Below are positions 18,076-24,610 of a stretch of DNA of 24,610 nt, one piece after another; position 1 is the stretch's first letter, and each line of letters starts with the position of its first letter. The stretch is from an uncultured archaeon (GTDB lineage Archaea > Asgardarchaeota > Lokiarchaeia > Sigyniarchaeales > SOKP01), in contig CAYUTF010000047.1 of NCBI GenBank assembly GCA_964447495.1, forward strand, positions 1-24,610, written 5' to 3'. Made by a program: the position numbers and the translations under genes. The notes beneath the pieces were generated by a model. That model did not search any database. It saw nothing but the letters and a program-made list of their open reading frames with translations, and was not told the DNA's origin.

Positions 18076-19293
18076 TTATTTATTGAAAATAGTTTTTAAA
18101 ATTAGATATCTCAATCGTTGCACATTCTTATTAAAATCATAGAGATCATAAAACAAACCCTCATTTTGTTTTATTATAGGAGGGATATGATCTAGGTTAA
18201 GATAAACAGGAATAATTGGTTTTTTATTTTCAGCAGCACTTATCCATTGGTTTTTTATACTTGCAGATGATAAAGCTAATTTTGAGCAAAATATAATCAT
18301 TAAATCAAATTTATCTATATTATTTTCAGTAAATTCGAATACATTTTCATTCATCTCATGTTGCCAATACAAGATATTTTTGATTTCGGGGTAATTTTTC
18401 AATGCTGTAGCTACTTCCTTTATTTTAAACAATTTTATATCCTTAGGATTAAAACTCATGAAAATATTTATTTGCCGTTTAAGTAATTTGCTATAATAAT
18501 CAATTTCTCCCAAAAGGTCTGTAGAAGTAGGTTTATATAAAAAGTAGTTAATTAACTTCATTTTTTCATCATAACTTGTTGGTTTTTTGAATATCCTTGG
18601 TTTAAGCCCCCAATAAGTTAACCATAGTCCAAAAATAGCACCAATCCTTACCAGAACCAGAATATATCCCTCAACAATGCTGTCTAATATTCCAAATGAA
18701 GAGATAAAAATCATTCCCATTCCTAAATACCTAAAATTATTCTTAATAGAAGTATTTGAAATATGAGATTTATAAATATATCCTAATCCGGAAAAGATAA
18801 GGACAAAAGCCATTAACACAATACCAATTACCCCCACAATCGAGTCTATTTTAAGTCCTGCTTTATAGTAAAATGGTTTTATTGGATAACCTATTATTAT
18901 AACAGAGTTAATAGGATTTATAATTAGGAAAATTAAAAATAAAAAACTTAATATTAATAGGAAAGACAATAGATAGAGTTTTTTCATAGGTAAAAGAAGT
19001 TCTATTGCGACATATTGACTCAACAATACGGAAAATGGAAGTTGAACCCAAGTTAAGTAAATAAAAAGAAAAAGATCAATATTAGAGGAAGTAATAAGAA
19101 CTGAAAAAAAGTCAATAACAACAGCTAACCACCCAAAACTTAAGGATATCATTGATAAACTTAATAAACTTAACAAGTTAATTTTCAATTTACGCGACTT
19201 ATAGAAAAAGTAAATTCCTAATCCATATCCAAATAGTAATATTCCTAAAGTAGAGATATTTATGAGCCAATCCTCAAAACTAAAATTGACCAA
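18076..19293 (-). CDS. 7-TM membrane protein fused to a C-terminal TIR domain
   Basis: TTG start with GGTGA RBS. Seven hydrophobic segments in residues 10-230. The C-terminal ~130 aa (about 18079-18474) has the TIR pattern IFMSF...D, DLMIIFCS..ALSS.SIKNQW..A...KKPIIPVY....IPP. Confidence 0.75.
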   Translation of the reverse strand: MVNFSFEDWLINISTLGILLFGYGLGIYFFYKSRKLKINLLSLLSLSMISLSFGWLAVVIDFFSVLITSSNIDLFLFIYLTWVQLPFSVLLSQYVAIELLLPMKKLYLLSFLLILSFLFLIFLIINPINSVIIIGYPIKPFYYKAGLKIDSIVGVIGIVLMAFVLIFSGLGYIYKSHISNTSIKNNFRYLGMGMIFISSFGILDSIVEGYILVLVRIGAIFGLWLTYWGLKPRIFKKPTSYDEKMKLINYFLYKPTSTDLLGEIDYYSKLLKRQINIFMSFNPKDIKLFKIKEVATALKNYPEIKNILYWQHEMNENVFEFTENNIDKFDLMIIFCSKLALSSASIKNQWISAAENKKPIIPVYLNLDHIPPIIKQNEGLFYDLYDFNKNVQRLRYLILKTIFNK

Positions 19294-19460
19294 TTAGGAT
19301 TTTCACCCGAAAATAAAAATTTTAATCTTATTTAATAGTTAAATTGTTTGTAGCAATGCTTATTTGTATTAATATCCTATAAAAACATTTTGATCCTATT
19401 AGAAGAGCTGAAATAGAACATTTGTCACTTAATTTTGAATAAAATAAGAAGCTAATGTTA

Positions 19461-20513
19461 TCAATTTGATGTTCTTACTTCTATGATTTTTTCAGCAATC
19501 ATATAAAAAGCATTTTCAACATTTTTTCCTGTAAGAGCAGAGGTTTCAAAATAGTTTATCTTTAGTTTGGATGCTAATTTTTGAGCTTCATTATTCCCAA
19601 TTTTTTTCTCATTAGTTAAATCACTTTTATTCCCAAAAATACATCCTATAAGATCGTGATCTAATTTTAAATTATCCTTTATATCTCCAAACCAATCAGT
19701 TATACTTTCAAAGGATTTAGGATTTGTTAGATCAAATATCAAAATTACAGCCTCAGATCCCTGATAAAAATGCTTTCGCATTAGTTCGAATTTTGACTGA
19801 CCTGCTAAGTCCCATAAAACTAACTCTATTACTCGATTTTTAACACGGAAACTTTTTTCTGTAATATTTGTTCCCATAGTAGGAATATAACTCCTTCTAA
19901 AAGCATTATCCGTAAAACGTAAGATTGTACTCGTTTTACCTACGCCAGGGTCCCCTATGACAACTATTTTAGCTTTGAAATCAACATCTTTTTCAATTGT
20001 TTTTTCTTTCTCTGGAAAAGCTTTTGAATTCGAGGATTGTCCATCTTTAATTCTTAATTCTCTTAATAAATTATGAATATTTTCTCGGAGATATTCGATT
20101 TCTTCAAAAATTTTAGTTTTGCTTTCATTCCTATTTTCTAATTCGATAATCTTACGAGCAGTTTCATTGAAAGGCGAGTTTAAATAATCCATATATTTAT
20201 AAAAAATAATATCTTCAACTTCTCTAAATAAAAAAGTAATAGCTGATTGAGCAATCTTACCCCTTCTCGAGCTATCTTCTCTTTCAATATATTTAATTAA
20301 AGCTTTTAATTTTAAGGAGGGAAATGGAATTATAATTAGAGACTCTGGAATAAATCCATGATCTGCTGAGAGAATGGTAATGGTTTTTATACTTACTAGC
20401 ATGCAAATGTTTTCTGATAAATCATGTGGAAGAAAAAAAAGAGGATTAGGACCGATCTCATCATCAAATTCGGTATACACTATAGAATGAATGATATCAT
20501 TGGCCATTCTCAA
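19461..20513 (-). CDS. Longin/uDENN-like domain fused to Rab-like small GTPase (paralog A); start may be ATG 20507
   Basis: G1 GDPGVGKT, G2 YIPT, G3 WDLAGQ, G4 NKSD and G5 ETSAL. The N-terminal ~165 aa contains YTEFDDEIGPNP and EDSSRRG. Confidence 0.88.
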   Translation of the reverse strand: MRMANDIIHSIVYTEFDDEIGPNPLFFLPHDLSENICMLVSIKTITILSADHGFIPESLIIIPFPSLKLKALIKYIEREDSSRRGKIAQSAITFLFREVEDIIFYKYMDYLNSPFNETARKIIELENRNESKTKIFEEIEYLRENIHNLLRELRIKDGQSSNSKAFPEKEKTIEKDVDFKAKIVVIGDPGVGKTSTILRFTDNAFRRSYIPTMGTNITEKSFRVKNRVIELVLWDLAGQSKFELMRKHFYQGSEAVILIFDLTNPKSFESITDWFGDIKDNLKLDHDLIGCIFGNKSDLTNEKKIGNNEAQKLASKLKINYFETSALTGKNVENAFYMIAEKIIEVRTSN

Positions 20514-20732
20514 AAATCAACACATAATATTACTAGAGAGAAAATCTGAAAAGTTTTTCTACTCTTATATTATTCAAATATTGAATATATTTATTATTTG
20601 GTTATTGCTAAAATTTATTAACTCTATCACGTCAATGTCTCTCTTTAGACATTAAAGAAAAATATCTTAACATTGATATAATAGTTATTCTTACTAAAAC
20701 TAAAAAATTAGGAAGATATCAATAAAAAAAGC

Positions 20733-21773
20733 TTAAATAAAGGAATTGTATAATGAGTGAGCTATTTCAGTAAAAACTTTGTCAACATTCGTTCCAGATA
20801 AAGCGGATGTTTCAATAAAGTTAAGATTTAAATAACCGGCTAATTCTTTTGCATTTTCAGATTTAATCTTAATCATATCTTCTAAATCAGATTTGTTTCC
20901 TATCACATAACCCATCAAATCTTTTTGATCTTTAAATTGATTTTGTATATCTAAAAACCAGTTAGAGAGATTCTCAAACGAATTTGGATTAGTCAAATCA
21001 AATACTAAAATAACTCCATCTGAACCAAGATAAAATTGGTGTCGCATTGTATCAAACTTACTCTGACCAGCTAAATCCCAAATCACCAGTTGTATTATGG
21101 AATCGTCAATCTTGAATATTTTATCACTAACATGAACTCCCAAAGTGGGTATATAGCTTCTTCTGAATGCATTATTAGTGTATCTTAGAATTAAAGAAGT
21201 TTTTCCCACCCCAGGATCTCCAACTACGATTATTTTAAATTTATAATCTATCATTGTGGAATCTTTAAGCTTCAATTTTGGAAATGCATTCGACTCTGAA
21301 GCAGAAGTCTCTTCAATTTTTAACTCCCGCAATAAATTATCAATTCTCGCATGCAATCTCTCTATTTCTTTTTCAAATTTTTCTAATTTTGCTCTATTAA
21401 GCTCTAGATCATTAAATAACTTTTCAGATTCATCAAAAGGAGTAGTTAATTGCTCAAAGTACTTGTAAAATATAACATCATTAACATCTTCAAATAATAC
21501 GGCTATAGCTGCTTGACCAATGCCACCTCGTCTTTTTTCATCTTCCCATTTCAAGTATTTAATAATTCCTTTTAAATTCAGCGAAGGAAAAGGCAGTATA
21601 ACCAGTCTTTCTGGGATACGTCCATGTTCCCCTGAAAGTACTGTTATTACTTTTATACTAATATGCATTTTATTGATAGTCGAAAATCCTTTTGGCGCAC
21701 ATACTATAGGATTAGGTCCTATTTCATCATCCAATTGAATATATAAAATTGCTGAGATAATATTATCTTCCAT
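20733..21773 (-). CDS. Longin/uDENN-like domain fused to Rab-like small GTPase (paralog B)
   Basis: G1 GDPGVGKT, G2 YIPT, G3 WDLAGQ, G4 NKSD and G5 ETSAL. The N-terminal domain contains YIQLDDEIGPNP and EDEKRRG. Aligns over its full length with paralog A. Confidence 0.88.
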   Translation of the reverse strand: MEDNIISAILYIQLDDEIGPNPIVCAPKGFSTINKMHISIKVITVLSGEHGRIPERLVILPFPSLNLKGIIKYLKWEDEKRRGGIGQAAIAVLFEDVNDVIFYKYFEQLTTPFDESEKLFNDLELNRAKLEKFEKEIERLHARIDNLLRELKIEETSASESNAFPKLKLKDSTMIDYKFKIIVVGDPGVGKTSLILRYTNNAFRRSYIPTLGVHVSDKIFKIDDSIIQLVIWDLAGQSKFDTMRHQFYLGSDGVILVFDLTNPNSFENLSNWFLDIQNQFKDQKDLMGYVIGNKSDLEDMIKIKSENAKELAGYLNLNFIETSALSGTNVDKVFTEIAHSLYNSFI

Positions 21774-21919
21774 ATGGATTTCAAATCATCTTTTTATTTG
21801 TAGATTATATTATCATTTTCTAATTTAAATTTTAGTAAATATATAACTAACTATTCTCTATAAAATTTATTCAAGTAAGAACTCGATTTTAAATATTAAA
21901 AATATTTAAAGATAGAAAG

Positions 21920-22201
21920 TTAATCTTTTACTTTCTCTAAAAGTGATAAGATTCTATAAATGGTAGTTCTTTGATGGAATGGAATATTGGGATCAAGAGA
22001 TAGATCATCTACCATATACATTACATTACTTGCTAGAACTGCGGGAGAATCGTCCCTCTTATTCAATTCATCAATACTTCTCTGCGCAATTCGTTTTATA
22101 TTACGGGGAACAGACCGGTCTTGCCCCATCCCCGTGAGCAATTGCTCAACCTTTTTAAAAGTGTCTAAAACCAAGTCAGTAAATTCTTTCTCGTAGCTCA
22201 T
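21920..22201 (-). CDS. UPF0147 family archaeal protein
   Basis: DRSVPRNIKRIA and DDLSLDPNIPFHQRTTIY...LE match the D..VPRNIR / DPN.P.H.RT signature. GGTGAT RBS upstream. Confidence 0.88.
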   Translation of the reverse strand: MSYEKEFTDLVLDTFKKVEQLLTGMGQDRSVPRNIKRIAQRSIDELNKRDDSPAVLASNVMYMVDDLSLDPNIPFHQRTTIYRILSLLEKVKD

Positions 22202-22325
22202 GATAAGATCACCAAATAACAGATTTTAGTGAGAAATTACATAATAAAGTTAGTAGGAATGTTTTTTTAAATATTGAATAAGATATAATTTTTCTGTTTT
22301 TAATAACTAAAAAATATAAATGAAG

Positions 22326-24610
22326 TTAAAATATTCCAAATTCACGAATATTTTTCATAAGCTGCGGTATTAATTTATTACATGATTGTAGTTGCTCATA
22401 GTATTCTTTGTATAATTTATCGTAATTATCTAACTGTCCTGAGTTAACTTTATTAACAAATTCATTAGATATTTTTGTGGTATTTTCGAAAATTTCATCG
22501 AATTTAGAAATATTTAAGTTTAAACTTTGAAAAATTTCTTTTCTTTTTTTACGAGCCAGATTCCTTAATTTCCCCCTTGGTATTCTTACTTTTTCGATTA
22601 AATTATCGCATTCACTAAGGAAAAGATAAGCTAACTCTTTATTTTTATCAGTTAATTTTTTTTCTATAATTTCAGTTCTCCATGTATTAATTCGACCTCT
22701 TGCAAATGTATCAAAGTTTAGTGAAATCGAATCAATCTCCTCTCTTACTAAGAATCTAAGAAATTCAGGGTCATCACTAGGAGCTTGACCACAAATTCCA
22801 ACTGTTCTACTATTTTCATGAGCTACCTTGATAAGATGGCTCACCGCTCTTCGAATTGCTTCACTATTCGTAACATAGTTATAATTTTTAGAAAGTGAGA
22901 TTAATTTTTCGTTATCTCTGCCGGCACCATAAATTAATTGGGTTAAATCATTTGATCCTATTGAAAATCCATCAAAAGTCTTACAGAAGATATCAGCAAG
23001 GAAAATATTCGAAGGAATTTCTGCCATACAATATACTTTTAATCCATTTTGACCACGAATAAGACCTTCCTTTACCATTATTCTCTCTATTTGAGTTGCT
23101 TCTTCTGGTGTTCTTAAAAAAGGGATCATTGGAATAATATTTATTAATCCCCATTCTCTTGCTTTTTTGATCGCTTTCAATTCTAAAATAAAAGCATTCT
23201 GAAAATCATCTGACACATAACGTGAAGCACCTCGAAAGCCGAGCATGGGATTATTTTCATCACTCTCATAAAACCACCCTCCCACTAAATTTTCATATTC
23301 GTTAGTTTTAAAATCTGAGAGACGAACGACACAAGGAGCTAATTCTCCATTCGGTAATTCCTTCCATACACCTGCTGCAATAGTAGCAATACCTTCAGCT
23401 AATTTTTCTACATAAAACTCAACTTTATCATCATAACCTTCTGTCAATTCTCTAATTTTGTCAATAGTAAGTTTTAACCTTTTAATTTCTTCATTGAAGG
23501 GGTCTTTATGATATAAATCACTTTTTTTAATATTTTCAATTTTTTTTCTCTGTTCTAAAAGAATATCATATCTCATGAGTAAAGCATCAAAATCAATTAA
23601 AGCATTTGGATGAATTTGAATGCAATCATTGATAATAAATTCTAAGCGTGCCAATCCAGTTCCATCAGGGTGCTTTCCAGAGCTTAGGGCACCCTTAGGG
23701 ATCCCTAAGTTTACCAATACTTTTGTGTTAGTCTTTGGGAGTTTTGAAAACTCAATTGTATCATAATCATATTCCACTTCTTTTGTCCATATCCGTGGCT
23801 CACCTTCGCTACAATCTATAGTAATCGATTGGAGATTTGATTCTCTAACTTTCTCTTTAACAAGTTCTATAATGTTATCAGCACCTACTATTGACGCTAT
23901 ATTTAGCTCTCTTGATACTATTGCAGCATGACAAGTTGGTCCGCCACGCTCTGTTATAACACCACCAAGATTTGCCATGTAACTTGTCCAATCTGGATTC
24001 GTCTCTTCTGTAATAAGTATGTCTCCTTCTTCTAATAGATATGCTTCATTGATCGATTCAATTACCTTCACTTTTCCATATCCAATCCTACGGCCTATAG
24101 CAGTCCCCGAGTTTTCAATTAAGTAGTTTTCTTCAATTAATTTAATTGCATCTTCTAAAAGATAGAATATTTCTTCAGTATCCCCTTTCTGCGAATGTAC
24201 TGTCTCAGGTCGTGCTTGAACTATATAAATTTTACCATTATTTCCCAGAGCCCACTCAATATCCATTGGCACACCATAGTGTTGGCGTATTTTTATAGCG
24301 AATTCTGCTAAGATTTTTACTTGTTGTTCATTTAGACAAAACTTTTTCTGCTTTTCTTTTTCTACTGTTTTTGTGATAGTTCCACCTTTTTCTATATCAA
24401 AGACCATAGTTTTTTCTTTTTTTACAAGACTTTTGCTTATAATTTGTAATGTAGGTCCGTGTTTAAAGACAATAAACTCATCACCTTTTTCTACTCCTTG
24501 TACTATCAATTCTCCAAGCCCCCATGTCCCTCGTATTACAACAACATTCGGATTACCTGAATCAGGGTCTTCTGAGAACATTACACCCGAAGCTTTAACA
24601 CCATCTTTCC
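22326..24610 (-). CDS. ppsA: Phosphoenolpyruvate synthase (pyruvate, water dikinase); 5' part lies outside the window
   Basis: The frame is open beyond 24581 (KDGVKASGV-MFSED). Motifs: WGLGE, PMDIEWA, IVQARPETV, phospho-His GGPTCHAAIVSRE, VRLSDFKTNEY, NPMLGFRGASRY, FSIGSNDLTQ and GICGQAPS. Confidence 0.95.
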   Translation of the reverse strand, partial: KDGVKASGVMFSEDPDSGNPNVVVIRGTWGLGELIVQGVEKGDEFIVFKHGPTLQIISKSLVKKEKTMVFDIEKGGTITKTVEKEKQKKFCLNEQQVKILAEFAIKIRQHYGVPMDIEWALGNNGKIYIVQARPETVHSQKGDTEEIFYLLEDAIKLIEENYLIENSGTAIGRRIGYGKVKVIESINEAYLLEEGDILITEETNPDWTSYMANLGGVITERGGPTCHAAIVSRELNIASIVGADNIIELVKEKVRESNLQSITIDCSEGEPRIWTKEVEYDYDTIEFSKLPKTNTKVLVNLGIPKGALSSGKHPDGTGLARLEFIINDCIQIHPNALIDFDALLMRYDILLEQRKKIENIKKSDLYHKDPFNEEIKRLKLTIDKIRELTEGYDDKVEFYVEKLAEGIATIAAGVWKELPNGELAPCVVRLSDFKTNEYENLVGGWFYESDENNPMLGFRGASRYVSDDFQNAFILELKAIKKAREWGLINIIPMIPFLRTPEEATQIERIMVKEGLIRGQNGLKVYCMAEIPSNIFLADIFCKTFDGFSIGSNDLTQLIYGAGRDNEKLISLSKNYNYVTNSEAIRRAVSHLIKVAHENSRTVGICGQAPSDDPEFLRFLVREEIDSISLNFDTFARGRINTWRTEIIEKKLTDKNKELAYLFLSECDNLIEKVRIPRGKLRNLARKKRKEIFQSLNLNISKFDEIFENTTKISNEFVNKVNSGQLDNYDKLYKEYYEQLQSCNKLIPQLMKNIREFGIF

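Noticed and set aside
18076-19293. Thoeris, CBASS or Pycsar anti-phage system suggested by the TIR domain
   Set aside because: No ThsA (SIR2/Macro/SLOG), cyclase, STING/SAVED or other defence genes nearby, and the catalytic Glu is absent.
18600-19293. 7-TM domain as a rhodopsin or bona fide GPCR
   Set aside because: No retinal-binding Lys motif within TM7 and no DRY/NPxxY motifs. Only the helix count is shared.
20632-20676. Inverted repeats between the GTPase genes (AATGTCT-6 nt-AGACATT at 20634-20653; TCAATGT/ACATTGA at 20632/20670)
   Set aside because: Only 7 bp arms in very AT-rich DNA, and I did not see them recur upstream of other genes. Cannot be distinguished from chance, though an operator is not excluded.
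19461-21773. Roco (Roc-COR) or Rag/Gtr-type GTPases
   Set aside because: No LRR or COR domain, and no C-terminal roadblock domain. The G-motifs (WDLAGQ, NKSD, ETSA) are Rab/Ras-like and the extra domain is N-terminal.
15560-22196. Short ORFs 15560-15769, 17238-17492, 21256-21468, 21520-21738 and 21987-22196
   Set aside because: Antisense shadows of the hydrolase, mutM, GTPase B and UPF0147 genes.
1-24610. tRNA/rRNA, CRISPR arrays, IS elements, integrases
   Set aside because: No GC-rich structured segment, regularly spaced repeat or transposase/integrase motif seen. All intergenic gaps are under about 220 bp.

Overview
AT-rich (roughly 30% GC by eye), gene-dense archaeal DNA with 20 protein-coding genes. 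The first and last genes are cut by the window edges. An archaeal UPF0147 gene, GGTGA-type ribosome-binding sites, oligo-T terminators, Rab-like small GTPases and a TIR fusion together point to an Asgard archaeon, probably Lokiarchaeia (inference). Positions 1-18 kb are metabolic: divergent tdh/kbl for threonine catabolism, two MFS transporters, a beta-keto acid cleavage enzyme, malic enzyme with an AEC permease, two atypical 3-hydroxyacyl-CoA dehydrogenase paralogs, two alpha/beta hydrolases, a polytopic membrane EEP hydrolase resembling eukaryotic Cwh43/PGAP2IP, a TspO-like protein, a Ser/Thr dehydratase and an Fpg glycosylase. The standout is 18076-21773, three co-oriented genes. Two tandem paralogs each fuse a folliculin/SMCR8-like longin (uDENN) domain, which keeps the D-x-x-x-R-G arginine-finger motif, to a complete Rab-like GTPase. 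The third encodes a 7-TM membrane protein with a C-terminal TIR domain whose catalytic Glu position is Gln. Together they are a candidate receptor/GAP/GTPase signalling module. The window ends with UPF0147 and a PEP synthase carrying an unusual C-terminal extension. I saw no RNA genes, CRISPR arrays or mobile elements. All family assignments come from motif recognition by eye, not from database searches.
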